DNA of 64,000 nt from assembly GCA_028534125.1 (NCBI GenBank), contig CM052818.1, positions 1,180,001-1,244,000 of the forward strand. Reading direction: 5' to 3'. Shown here in pieces: positions 1-12,890 of this stretch. The notes below the pieces were generated by a model, which worked only from the letters and a program-made list of their open reading frames with translations, made no database searches and was not told the DNA's origin. The stretch's first letter is position 1, and each line of letters opens with the position of its first letter. This stretch comes from Lama glama (lineage: Eukaryota). A program made the translations under genes and the position numbers.

Positions 1-2207
1 GAAAATGAGACAGAAGGAAGTTTAGGGAAGGAGAGATAAGATGAAGCCAGAAGTGACATTTAAACACAAAGCACGTGCAGCGAGGTCTCTATACTTGGCA
101 GATGTGGGCCGTGGGGATGTGGCCGGAGCTCCCTGACAGTCAGTGCAAAGAGAAACATAGTTAAATGCCCAGTGTCCGCAGGACAGATGCAACACAGATG
201 TTCAGACGCATACATTTCTGATCTGGAGACCAGAAAAATTTCCCCCAAGAGGATTCATAGAGGGGACCTTGTGACATAATGAGCAGCAAGTGTCCTGGAC
301 ATCAGTTACACACAGTGAGTCCCATGAGCCGCATCTCATGACATTCCTGGTGGCCCAAGCACAGTTTTGGGGTGCAGTGGGGGTAGGGGGGAGAAGACAA
401 TGTCGTTCATAACACACTGGTGTTATATAAACCAGCAGATTAGAGGGAGTGATGGGCTGTGTTCCCAAGAGTGGAAAACAGCTTTTATCTCCTGGGCTTT
501 GGGAGGCAGTCAGACATGCGCACGTGTACACATACATCCGCGTGTACTCACATGCGCACGCGCACACACACACCCACTGGCTCACAGTGTTCCCTGCTTC
601 ACGGCTCCTTAAGCTCAGCTTCTTCTCTATGGTCTGGCTCCTTCCTGACGGGGGTGCTAGGAAGGGAGCCTGGGTCCCCTGGGATTACTTCTTGCTGGGT
701 TGGTGGGGGGCAGTCCCTTTACAGACAATGAGACTATCTGCATTGATTTCGCATCTACTCCTTGGAACCTAAGAATAGAATTTAAACTGAGGTAGCACCT
801 CCAAAGTCAGCCCTTCACTCTATAGTAAGAAAGCTAGAACCCCAAAGGTAGGCTGTCTTCTGCTGGACAGGGACCGAGCTGAGGCTGAGGCCCACGGTCT
901 CCTGATTCCCACTCCAGCAACCTAAGCTGTCATTGCAAAGGACAATCGAATTGGGATCTTATTTGGGGGAGAAAAATATCATAAGATAATTCCTCCTGGC
1001 GCTATGGAATGGCTTTCCGTTGTGTAATTTTATTCAAACTGATATGGGCCAATAAATATAACTGTGTGTGCGTGTTCGCTGTTTTAAAACATTTTAATGT
1101 TTAAAACATGATTGACTAATGCTGCTAAGGATGTCTAGAATTTGATTTACTGCATAGAATTGAATGTTTGTACTTGCTCCTTGCGGAAATTCTTGCCAAA
1201 GAGCCATTTTATCTACAGGAATAATAAATAAGTCAATATGTAGATGGTTGTGCACATTTTTTTTCCATATGCAGTGATGCTTGGGAGATGTTATTTTGCA
1301 CACAAGCACTTCAGAGGTAAACTTGGGAGGTTCACGTGGGTCCCTGAAGCCCAAGACTTGGCCAGTGTCGAGATCAGGCAATTTGTCTTGACTTAAACCA
1401 AAAAAGCAAAGTCACTGAGTGTAGGTCTTAGGTGATATTTGGGCGTTACGAATAATAGATTCTCACCTGTACAACCAGACTTGGCCATATGTGTGCATTT
1501 GTTCATTCATTCACTCGTTCAACAAATACTCATTAGACATCTATGTTTAATTCAATAGCGTAAACATAGTGTAAGTTTTGCTTTGTGGGGGCCCAGAGAT
1601 AACATACAAATTTCCCTAACCTGTCTTTGTAAAGTACTTCAGGCCTTTGAACTGGTTTTTATTTAATTCTCACAAAATTCCTATTGGCTGGATAAGATGT
1701 GAAGGAGCTGGGTTAATTGGGTGGAAGTGAAGGTGCTCCTTTTGTTTGCTGATTTTTTTTTTATTGTTTCCCCGCCCACCAATGATGAAAAGACGCATGT
1801 CCACGGTTAAAAAGAACACAGAAATATTTAGGAAGAATATGAGGAAGTATTGTGTAACCTGACCTCCAGGGACACCTGCGTGCTGTGTTACAAGTGTTTT
1901 CACGGCTGGAGATACGATTATGTATGTGTGTTTGCGTATATGGATAGGTCATATGTATGGATGTGCATCGTATATCAAATATATGGTGAGTTTTTTTCTT
2001 TGCAAAAATGGGCTGGTGCTGTAATACAGTTCTGCAGCTGGGTTTTTTGGCGTGTAGCATCTCACCGTGGGCAGCAGTTTGCATGTACACCCCGTCCACG
2101 TCCGTGGTACGGATCCAGCTCACTTTTGCTCACGGCTGTGTCGCTTTTCTTTGCAAATTGTAGGGCATTCCTTTTGTCTTCTTCAGGCGTTTCCTTCTCT
2201 CTCACAG

Positions 2208-2261
2208 ATGGTCGGCCTTCTCTTGCCCCACCAGAAACTGGCGTCCACTGTCTTCTGGCTG
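2208..2261 (+). CDS. SFXN5: Sideroflexin-5 internal coding exon (54 nt; equivalent to human exon 7)
   Basis: Acceptor ttccttctctctcacag, donor gtaacc; translates MVGLLLPHQKLASTVFWL (human recalled as VVGLLLPNQTLASTVFWQ); phase 0/0. Confidence 0.93.
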
Positions 2262-2954
2262 GTAACCATTTCCCTGCAAACAGAGGGCTCCCAACAGATG
2301 CTGATTAGAACCCCCTGTCCCAGTGTCCCCTCTCCATCCAGGCCCCCCGGAGAAAGCCACCCCTCTTCCCACTCCTCCCCTACCCAGGAGTCACTGGGAG
2401 AAACCCCAGGACTTGGGGCCCCGCTGATCAGGTCCCAGCAGCTCAAGCCTTGGGGCACTATGTGTCCTCTAACCTTTGCATGGAGGTGATGAGAGCTGGC
2501 TGGTGCCCTCACCTGGATGCTTGTCCGATGGCCTCATCGTGACATCAGCCTCCCCCGTATCTGTGGGGCAGGTTGATGCATCTTCAACCCCAAGGGAGTG
2601 AGATGGGTGGAAAAGCATTGCAGACCCTGGTCTCTGCCCTTGGAGACAGTCCGGGTTGCAGCTCTCTGAAAACAGCTGAAGCTCCGTGTGTGTCTGTGTA
2701 GAGAAAGAGAGGCAGGAAGGAAAACCTGTCTGTCTTCAGGATGAATTATCAGAGTCTTCCCTGAAAACATCTCCTAACAGTGTCAGTGTCTGGGCACTGC
2801 TGGTGCTGCCAGACTCTGGGTTGGGGTATTTTTGAAAGATGCTCAGGGCTGTCAGCCATTCCAGGAGCCTAAGTGTCCACCTTCTGTCCAGTAAGTAATA
2901 AGGATGACATGGCAAAGGCAGCAGGGCCCATTTGGGGCATAACTGCCATAACGC

Positions 2955-3093
2955 CAGGGGGGTGACCGTCTCTGGATTGAGAGGAACTACTGGGCTGGGT
3001 GGGACCAGTGTGTTGGTTTGTCAAGGACTGGGGATTTTTGGTGCTAAAACCTGCCCAGTCCTGGCAAACCAGGATGGTGGGTGGGCCGTGCTA
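2955..3093. mobile_element. hAT-Blackjack MITE relic (MER81/MER94-like)
   Basis: gggtgacc start; ggtttgtcaaggactggg...gtgctaaaacc...gtcctggcaaaccaggatggt internal inverted pattern. Confidence 0.5.
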
Positions 3094-3228
3094 ACTTGTG
3101 GATGGATGGAACCACCACTAACTAGAGACCCGTGGCTTTCTGGAGGCGTGTGGCCTCCCAGGCCCAGGCCTGGCTTCCAGGGAGGTGATCACACCTCCCC
3201 TGACGACTCCTCCCCCGTTGCCTTTCAG

Positions 3229-3285
3229 TGGCTGAACCAGAGCCACAACGCTTGTGTCAACTATGCAAATCGCAATGCTACCCAG
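3229..3285 (+). CDS. SFXN5: Sideroflexin-5 coding exon (57 nt)
   Basis: cctttcag|...|gtgagc; translates [19 protein letters not shown], the sideroflexin asparagine-rich signature. Confidence 0.97.
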
Positions 3286-4588
3286 GTGAGCACCGCAGAC
3301 CACTGCCTGTGACGGGCTTCAGGCTGAGGGAGCCTTCCCCCGACTACAGGGTGCTCAGGGCTGCCTCCTCTGGGAGACACCGCCAGGCCTTCAGGAGGGA
3401 CCCCGCTGGGGAGGGGCTGAAGTGACAGTGGCCCGTAACATGGGAGTGTGGAGGAGGCAGTGAAAAGGTACAGCTCCGCTGGCTTCAGAATTCTCCTGGG
3501 GCAGCTCTTATACCCGGGTCTAGGGTCAGGACAGTATCAGCCACAGGGAGACTGAATTCCCCTAAAGCTTCCTCCATGCTTGCCTGGAAGCTGCCTTGGT
3601 GCCCCAAGACTGCTGGCTGCAAAGAGAAAGGGATGCTCTTGAGGGTGAGGGTCAGAGAGGACCAGCACATCCTCCCCAAAGTCCCCTGCACTCCTGGGAC
3701 GAGCTCCCAGTGGAGGCCCAGTCACCCTTCTCTTGTCTAGGAGGAGGCTGGGCACAGCTGCCTCTCCCCTCTCTCGATCCTCCCACACTTCCTTCCAAAG
3801 GCAGCAAGAGGAGAGGGGGAGTCTAAGTCCCTGGGGGGCTGTCAGTTTGGGGAGGAGAGGGCCTGGGCATTTCTCACCTTGCGGGGAGTGATGGGGGAGT
3901 TACGAGCTGGCCTGGGAGGTAGGGACTTCAAGGGCCTGATACACTGAGGACACCCTCCTCCCCCCGTCTAAACCTTCAGTCCACGCCTGACTCATGAGCA
4001 ACTCGGCTCGGATGGCTCCCGTCCACCTTAAACCAAACATCTCCAGGATTGCTACCATAGCAGAGTTAAAGGCCAGTTCCTCAGCTCTTTCTTAATTTTC
4101 TGTGTTGCACCTTGGAATCCATTTCCCCATGGAAATGTGGAACAGCTGTTGTCTGTTGGCCTGGAAGCCCAGCTTGGTTGGCCTGGCTGGTGAGAGCCAC
4201 CGTGACACTGCCATTTCCACCTGGAAAGAGCTCTGCGTGCCGAACTTGCAACACTTAGTCTTCCTGAACTGGATCCTCTTGCCCAGCCACAAATGACCCC
4301 TTGCTGATTTCAATCTCCAGCCAGTGGTGTCTACCAACGACCTTTCTAGAACAGGGGAAAGTGCAGTGGGCCCTGCGGCATCTCCCAGGACATTGCTGCC
4401 CAGTTTTCCCGTGTGCGGACTGAGCTGAGGGAGGCCTAGACCCCTCTGTCTCCCAGAGAGGCTAGCTTCTCCCCTTCCCCTCCAGGCTGGTGGGCAGGAA
4501 AGCCTCCGGGGGCTAGGGCGTTAGCAAGGGTGAGGTGTGGGAGCTTTGGGCACCCAGGGGGCCTGAAATTCTGTCTCTTGTCTTCCAG

Positions 4589-4654
4589 CCTTTACCTGTG
4601 TCCAAGTTCATCCAGGGCTACCTGGGAGCTGTCATCAGTGCCATCTCTATTGGT
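4589..4654 (+). CDS. SFXN5: Sideroflexin-5 coding exon (66 nt)
   Basis: tcttgtcttccag|...|gtgagt; translates PLPVSKFIQGYLGAVISAISIG. Confidence 0.96.
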
Positions 4655-5879
4655 GTGAGTAACCCCGCACTCCACGTCCCCCATCCTCTCCATCCAGCTG
4701 CCCTGCGGTTGCACCACCCAGCATTCTCAGACCAGACCTTGTCTGAGGGTCGGGGCCAGGCACGGGGCATGGGAGACAGAGGTTTCTGTGTGGGAGCCAT
4801 CACGGAAGGCTTTCTAGGCAGAGAAGAATAGACCCCAGTGACATTTTCACAGAGGGAGAGCACGAGCTGGTGCTCTGGGTTTGGGAGAGCAGGCAGGGAG
4901 GGGAGGCGGTGCCCATGGGCCGCGGGAAGGGCTGCACACTCCAGCTGGGGCTGCACCCTTCTCAAAGGAGCTGGTCTTCATGCTCAGTAAAGCAGCTGAT
5001 GCAGGAGCGGAGGGGCTCAGGATCCATCCGCAAGGTTGGTCCAGATGTCAGCTCCCCTTTGCTCTTGGCCTGAGTTGCCCGGGTCCCCTCTTCGTGGCCT
5101 TGGTCATGTGGTCACATGTCCAAACCCTCCTGGCGTCCTGTGAATTCCTCAACACAAGGGCAGTAGGCTCATTCCGAATCCCACAGGGCTTCGAGGATAT
5201 AGCAGACACTACGTATGGGAGGTCTGTAGGTTGTATGAGCATAAGGCTGTGTCCCGGATGAGGGCAGAGGGCACGTGGCCCAGCGAGGGGCCTGGGCCAG
5301 AGCCAGGGCGGAAGCCCAAGCTCCCAGGACCTTGGTGTGTTCATGTCACCCCCGAGCCCACCTCCACCTCCATCCGGTACTCTCTGGATCCCGGCGGCAT
5401 GTCTCCTGTAGCCCACTTCGGAGGGCAAAGGTCACTGCACAACTTTGTTATTTTATTCATCACACCATAAACACAGGTAACTGGTAAGAAAAAATAATTC
5501 GGAAATGCAACATTTAAAAACACTCGCATATAACCAAAAATTTCACATATAATAATCTTTTGGTAAAACCTACTTTTCTCACCTTTCCCATGTCCTTAAG
5601 TAAATGGAATGATTGCTCACACCTACGTACTCACGCATTGTACCTACCGCTCACCATCATGTATTTCACTGTTCTCCTGAAACGGGGCTTTGGGGCTGTT
5701 CTGGGATGGCCTCATTTACTCTGCTCTCACGTGGACCAGGTCACCTCCAAAAAGCTGTTAGGGCGGGGGGGCCCATTTGGTGCCCAAGATCACTCTGCTT
5801 CCCTGAATCCTGATGTCTTGGCCCAAGCATGAAGCAGACACTGCGGAATCTATTCAGATGCTCATCAAGAGTCTGCTGA

Positions 5880-6010
5880 GGGGAGGGTGTAGCTCAGTGG
5901 TAGAGCGCATGCTTAGCAGGCACGAGATTCTGGGTTCCATCTCCAGTATCTCCATTAAAACAAACCAACCAACCTAAATTTCACCTCCCCCCCAGCAAAA
6001 AAAAAAAAAA
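5880..6010 (+). mobile_element. tRNA-derived SINE, camelid Vic-1 type
   Basis: GGGGAGGGTGTAGCTCAGTGGTAGAGCG head (A box), degenerate B box GGTTCCATCTCC, poly(A) tail, imperfect target-site duplication aagagtctgctga / aagaatctgctaa. Confidence 0.88.
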
Positions 6011-8539
6011 GAATCTGCTAAATAACTTCGCTCTAGTGGTCCTGCAACCCAGCATGCGACTTCATTTGAGGGCCATACAAATTGGGGATCTCTGATTCTG
6101 GAGGGTGGCTGACCAAGGTCAGGGGCTCTTGTGAGAGAGGGGAGGACTCTTGTCACCTCCTTCCTGCTCCTGTGACAAGAGGAGCTTATCACTCTGCCTG
6201 TTTTAGCAGCTTGAAAATCCCATGTTCCTTCTTTGAAAGTTAAAGGAAGATGCCGATGAGCCAGGAGGAGGAAGCTGTGGCTCTGGCTGGGATGGGCTCG
6301 AGGGGAGGGGTCGCTGTCCCAATGGGACATCTTCCTCCTGCAGGCCTGCGGCTGCGGGAATGAGGACACAGCTTCTTCCCAGGCTCCGGGCTCTCTGCGT
6401 ACCCAGTCCTCACTGTCCCACCCAAGGGGCCTCAGTCATTCCATCGCAACCACTTCACAAGGCCAGAGCTAGCCCAGATTGTGGGGTGGGGCGTCTGACG
6501 CCCCAGCCACAGTGTTACTGGGGGCTTGGGCCCTCCAGGGCTCTCAGAGCCAAGGTCTTACCCGCAGGGATGGGGGCCTCACACTGGGCTGCCGCGGCCC
6601 CCAGCGGGTGTGTCTGTGCTGGGGACACCCTCCTGCCTCCTCCCCACCCAGCCGCAGACCCCCTCAAGGTGGTGTTCCCTGACCCGCCAGCCCCAAGTCC
6701 TAGAAACTTCTGTCTCTCCTCAGTTACGCGCGTGTCCTGTCCTCTCATTGTCACACTGGATTTCAGGTTAGCCAGGGACAGGCCGGTGTCTTCCCCACAG
6801 AGGGGGCCTGGGGCTGCGCTCCATAAATACTTGTTAATTAGCTGGCTGGTCGATCGCTGGCCTGGAGGCCTCTCTGCGCTCCATCCCCGAGTGGCGGCGT
6901 CGCTCTGCCTGCCGTCTCCACACAGTGAGGGTCTAACTCCGGCAGATGGAGCGGAGTTTCTGACTTGGAAAATTTGCAGCTTTTGCTTGCTTTTCTTTTG
7001 TACGTGTAAATCACAAAACCGCCAAAGAAAGAGGCTTTCTTTTCTTTTCTTTTCGCTTGTTCTCTGGAAGCCCAGGCCCCACGGCCTCATTAACTGATCT
7101 CTGCTTCAATTAGTGACAAATCCCCCCCTGCCCAGGGGGGGCCTGTTAGGAGGAGATGACCTGCAAACAAGTGTCACGGCCCCAGTGGTTGGCCCGGCTC
7201 TGGCATTAATTAAAATGAGCCCCTACAAGCAGGCGGCGTGGATGGGGGCTGACAGGCCGAGGGCAGATCCCAGGGACTGAGGACCAGCTGGGGGGGAGGC
7301 CAGGTCCGGGGGGTCCAGCCTTCTCTCCGGGAGAGCCCTTTTCCCCTCACAGAAGAGCCCCTGACCCTGGCCAGCAGCCCCAAGAGTCAGGGGTGCCCAG
7401 CGCGCATGCCCCCTAACTGCATCTCATGCTGGTGGCAGGGCCACTGGCGGGGGCTTAGCAGCCTTTTGGTGAACCCTCTAAATAGATTTGGCAATGTCTG
7501 GCTTCATGCTCGGGAATAAAAAAGAAATTTCGTCTTAAGTTATTTTTGAAAACTAGCAGTTTGTGTCTTTTAACAAAGGAAGCTCTGTCAGCGCTCACTG
7601 TGCTTGAGTTCGGGTGTCTGCTGAGCACGTCTGTGTCACCCCCACGAGCCCCGGCCACCGGAGGGGGGCCCATCACTCCCTTCGGGGGGCACTGTGTGCC
7701 AGGCACTTTGCAGGTGCTGGGGGCCCCCCAAGATGCCGAGATGGGAGCTGACAGTACTCTGTGGTGTGACCATAATTAAGATGAAGGTGGCTCCTGGGCG
7801 TGCTGGGAGCGGGGGGAGGGCCCCTCATTCGCACAGGGCTGCCTCTTGTAAGGCAGACTCGAGAGAGGCAAAGGCAGGGCTGGGTGTTCCAGAAAGAGGG
7901 TCCAGCACACAAAGAGGCACGTAGGAGGGGAGCATGACAGACTCCGGAAGCCATCAGAGAATGGGTGTGGCTGCCATGTAGGGAGTGATGGTGATGAGGT
8001 GACGATAAAGCGGGGTGGGGGTGGGGTCGTGAGTGCCTTGCTCAGGAGTTGGGAGAGTCATGCCAGGAACCCCTGCCTGGGCTCAGGGACCCAGGGCATT
8101 GCAGGGGGTGCAGGCAGAAGAGGGCTGGGGCAGAGGTCGTGGGGGGTTGGCAGGCCCAGAAGATGGATCAACTCGTGGACACGAGGTCCTGGATGAGAGG
8201 GGGCTGGAGAGGAAGGCTCAGGGCTAATGTCCCATGTGGACAGTCAGGAGCTGGATGGTGGAGCCAGAGTGTGGGAGTCGCTTCCTGCCTGGTCCTCAGA
8301 TCTTCACCTTCAGCTGCTCCCAGCTGGCCCACGACTTTCCCTGCTGGAGAAGCACTGACCTCTGTTCCTAAAGGGCCTGGGCCCTGGAGGAGCCTTTCTG
8401 TGCAGGATGCCGTGATTATCTGTTAACCTAGACAGTGGGGTGCAAGGAGGTATCCCAGGGGACCATGGGCTGAACCAGTCCCCATCGCAGCTCCCATTGC
8501 TTCCTGGAGCTCCAGGTCCCCATGATGGTCAGACTGGCA

Positions 8540-8715
8540 AATAATCATAATGGCGAACCCTTATGGGGGGTCCACAATGTGCCAGACACTGTTCAGGTGT
8601 CCATCTCCTAAAATACACCCTGAGCTAGCCCCTGGACCACAGGAAACACCAAACGAGGACACTGAGGCACAGAGGTGAAGCCAGTGACAGAGCTGGGATT
8701 CAATACCAGGCTTAA
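8540..8715 (-). mobile_element. MIR SINE
   Basis: atgtgccagacactgttc...gaggacactgaggcacagaggtgaag...agagctgggattcaa. Confidence 0.65.
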
Positions 8716-9586
8716 CCAGACACTATTCTGCTAACAAAAGGACACTTTTTCTACCTGCTCCCCTGTAGTGTCAGGAGGTGGGAAAAGCCAAGCAGTGCTC
8801 TTGGCTTCACGTTGGAGGAGCTGTTACTATAGCTTCTAGTAGACAAGTCCCACCCCGATACCCTGAGAACAGTGGGGACTGAAAGAAAATTTTTGAGGGG
8901 CTCTTTAAGTATAACAAGAGGCTGGGCCTCCACCTACCTTCGTACTTGGTTCCCGGGCGTTCTGCAGGACTGCACCTGGCTGGCCTCGTGCTTGCGGGTG
9001 TAGCTCAGGTCCGGGGTGCACCTCCGGCTGCCCTCCGTGGTCTGGGGTGCACCTCGGCCCAGCTATTCTTCTCTGAGCCTGATGGAGGTAGGAGGACGAC
9101 AGCCTGAGGATTCAGACCAGCCCGTGTTCTCACTGCTGTCACTCTGTGCTTCTTCCAGGTTGGAGGGCCTTTGTATGGACCCCATATCAGAATCCGCAGT
9201 GTTCTGAGGCCTGCAGATGGTGATGCTGGCAGTGGCAAGTCTGATGGGAATATTGGCCCCACATCTGTTCTGGGGAGGACAAGTTATTGTCCCTTCCTAG
9301 AGGGCAAGGGTCTGATGTAATTGGTTTTCCAGTAGGTGGTCGGCAGGTTCCTGTGGAGCGTGGTCCGGGAGTCAGGGTTGGTCACTGTTGCAGCAAAAAA
9401 AGCCACACAGCTGCAGCCAGAGCTGACTGGTGTGTGAACCTGTGCATAGCTCTGTCCTGGCCGCCTTGACCCTTTGGTCTTGAGCCTGTTGCCAAGCAAC
9501 AGGGTGGCTGGGGTTGCAGGACAGCTGACCTCCACAGAGGGTCAGGGGTCCACTTAGTTATTACCCAGAGTTTCTTCTACAATGCA

Positions 9587-9616
9587 CGCCCTCTGGTGGG
9601 CATTTTTGGTACCTCA
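9587..9616 (-). promoter_or_regulatory. CTCF motif with degenerate upstream module
   Basis: Minus strand reads TGAGGTACCaaaaatgcCCACCAGAGGGCG. Confidence 0.65.
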
Positions 9617-12600
9617 CAGGTTCCTTGACCTGCCCCAGCCTTTGCCCTACTAGGGCCCACAAAAATCCCTGGCCATTTGGTTACATTATTATCTCTCACC
9701 CAAGAGCAGATCTCAGTTCTGACCTCATGCCATCCCTCCTTCCAGACATGCCCCTTCCACTGTTCTCCAGGGCCCCTTGGACTCCCTTGTGGAAGAAGCT
9801 GGTGGAGTCTGCAGGGCCAGTTACGAGGAACGTGGCATTTCATGCTCCTGAAGCCTGCCGAGTCCCCTCCCTTCTTACCTGGCTGCCTCCTGCTCTCCCT
9901 CAGGGCTCAGTTGAGCATCCCCTTTCTCAGAAGCCTCATAGCCCTGGGGGCTGCCCCCTCAAGGCCCTTCCTCCTGGCAGAGGGGATGAACTGTCCACTC
10001 AGGTGGCCTTAGACCTATGTGTGCAGCATCTGGCCCCACCGAGCTGCGTTTGCCACGGTGGACAGCAGTGGCTGCCCAAGGCAAGTCCTCTTTGTGGCTC
10101 TTTTTTTTCCTGCCTCAGAAATCATTCCCTTGATTTATCTAGAAACATTCATTAAGGACATACTCATTTCACCAGGCATGAGACATTCAGTGAGGAATAA
10201 GAGAATATATACAGGCCCTGTGCCCAGCACTTGGGGCCTGTTGGGAGAGATGGATATTTAGTAAAGAGGCCGCAGGTAAAAATGCTTCTGTTCAATTCTG
10301 TTTTTCCTAACATGCATGCGTTACTCTGATTCCCTACACGTTAAGAAGGCAAATGGAGATACTTAGGGTCTGTGCTAGGTACCTGGAATGAAGAGTTCCA
10401 GGTTCTGCAAAAGGCTGAAAAATGGGAGCCCTGAGCAAAAAGGAGGCCTCTCTGCAGGCCTGACATTTAAGCTGAAAAGTGAGGAAGCCAAGGGAGGGCT
10501 TGAAGGTCATGGAGAGCAAGAAGGAGGGAGGGAGAGAAGGGAAGAGGGACCGGGCTCATTGGAGGAGCTGGATGGTGATGAGGTGGCTGAAGCCTTGCAC
10601 CCTGGCCAGGCACTCATGCAGGGCCATGTGAATCTTTAAGTGCAGTGAAAAGCCACTGAAAGGCTGATGCACGTTGATATCCAATTTTAGAAGACCACTC
10701 TGGCTGCTGTGTGTAGAGTGGATTAGAGGGGCCAAGGGTGCGAGCAGGGACCCCAGGTAGGAGGTGGATGGTTGTCCAGGGAGAAGTGATGGGCACTTAA
10801 GCTAAGTGGTGGGAGCAGAGAGAGAAGTTGCTGCATTCAACAGATCCAGCAGATTAGAACAGGGAGCTCTGCGTGATGCCTGGACGGGGGCACGAGAGGC
10901 TCCCGTCCAGGTAGAATCCTAGGTTTCTGGCTTGAGGAGCTGAGCTGGGAATGGGAGAGGCAAATAGAGTGTGGGTGGAGGAGAAGCAAATAGCCTTTGT
11001 GTGCAGGGTGTGCAGGTGGAGTGCCTGAAGCCCATCGAGACAGAGGCATCCCACAGGGGCCCGATGTGTGGGCTGGAGTGTAGGACACAGCCTTGCTGGT
11101 GCAGGCATTGCTCCAGCCGCATCCGATGTCTCCTCGCCGGCCTTGCAGAAGCTGGGCTGCTGTTGGCTTGGAAGGACCTTCATCCTCCAGCCATCAGCCG
11201 TGTAGCTCACAATGCTGAAGGTCTCGCATCAAGGAGCTCCCACCCCACCCAGTTTTTGTGCTGGTCAACGCTCATCTCCGTTGCGGGGAATTGCCAGGAA
11301 GCCGGTCTTCCCTCTTCTCCTCTGACCCTGTCAGCTGCTCATGGCAAATTCATCGGCCTGGGAGCCAGAGCTTGGAGAGAGGTGGTCAGAGGAGGTCCAC
11401 TGCTTCCTCAGGCCACGGCTGGTGTCCCACTGGTCCTGGGCCCTGGCTTCTCCCAGGACCCCTGTCTGCTGGCCACACAGGGAATTCTTATGCAAAATCC
11501 ACACCCTGTTTGTTTTCCCCTCCACCAAAATGGAGCCCCCTGTTTGGTTAATTTCTATTTTGTGGCTTATCTGGAGGCTGTTATAAAAGACCCTGGGGGA
11601 CCCTCAGCAGTGATTGTTCCATGTCTCATTATCTTTCCTGAACCCGATTATTAGCTCAGATTTTTCTGATCGCTAGCTGCTGTTCATGATGAGTTGTGTG
11701 CCATTAATGCCAGCTGGTTCCCTTAAACAGGACCCACCATGCCAGGGAAAGCGAGCTGGCATTCAGAGCCACCAGCCACTTGGCTTTTTAATTTTAATGG
11801 GCTCCACCAAATGTTCCAGGCCAAAGGGTACCCAAGGAACCAGAACAGACGGCTCCCAGCCCCCAGTCTGCAGCCCACCCTGGTTCCTTCCAAGGCTGAG
11901 GCCATGCTAGCTGCTGGGACAGTAAGGTCTGGATGGGGGGCCTCCCCTGTATTTGTGCCTTCCTGCCACCAGACCCACCCTTGGTGAGTGGACAGGGTGA
12001 CCTCTCCGGCTCCTGGCGGGCTCTCAGCTACACACGTGCCCAGGCCTCGGCCCCACGTGGCTGGACCCAGCCCCTTCCCGGGGCTCAAGCACGTTGGCCA
12101 TGCACTTAGAAAAGTGCGGTGCCTAACTAAATCTCACCCGTTAGTGTTGGGGAGATGCTGGTAGGCTTCGGGGAAGGGGAGGCCAAAAGAGACCCTGGAC
12201 CCAGGCATTGTTTTCTCTTTCCTCCTACCTGGGGTGGGGAAGACAGGCTGGGTCACTCACTCGGGGCTGTGGGAAGGGAAGGCTTGAGGGCCGGAGGCAA
12301 GTCTGAGTGCTTGCTCTAACCACCGGCCACTATTCCTTCCTGCCCTCCGGCCACCCTCCAGCCCTGCCTGCCCCCAAGAGGCTGTTGGCGGAAGGGTTCG
12401 AGCTCCCTGCTGGCTTCTCGGAGAACTCCTGCCCCGCATTCCTCCAGCCCTGCCTGCATCTTTCCAAACAAATATGTCGGGTTTTGAGCCCAGGCCTGCT
12501 GTTTCCTAGCCGCCCAGGAGGAGGTGGTTCGAGGGCCTGTCTCCTCGTCCTGGAGCTGCCTTCCACTCCTCTGGGCCCCAGCTCCAAGCCGGTCTTTTCA

Positions 12601-12669
12601 GGGCGCTAGCTTTAAATGGCATGTCAGATGTTCCCCTTTGAGACGGAAGACAGCTGGAAAGTAAACAGC

Positions 12670-12890
12670 AAAGTGGTTGAGAGCAGGGCTTTGGAATTAG
12701 CAGACCGTGGGTCTGAGTCCTAGTTTTACCTGGCTCATAACAGTCTGTCCTTGGACAAAGTCACTTAACCTCCCGGAACCCATCTGAACGTCTCTGAATC
12801 TGTAACAAGGGGCAACGTGCCCCATCTACAAGCCTCGTAGTGGGATTTAATAAAGACATTGCGATGTGCCCAGCACTTGGCCTGGCAACC
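12670..12890 (+). mobile_element. MIR SINE
   Basis: gtggttgagagcagggctttgga...ccttggacaaagtcacttaacctc...atctgtaa...cagcacttggcctggca. Confidence 0.75.

Noticed and set aside
2208..2210. ATG at the exon start as the SFXN5 initiation codon
   Set aside because: It directly follows a splice acceptor and corresponds to an internal residue; the N-terminal exons lie upstream of the window.
5880..5955. tRNA gene (TAGCTCAGTGGTAGAGCG head)
   Set aside because: Degenerate T arm, A-rich tail and target-site duplication identify it as a tRNA-derived SINE.
6360..7097. 245-aa ORF, and similar long ORFs such as 10971..11654, 43242..43949, 57225..57854 and 61711..62415
   Set aside because: Low-complexity Pro/Gly/Ser/Arg-rich translations with no recognisable domain, overlapping on both strands; expected by chance in GC-rich intronic DNA or L2 relics.
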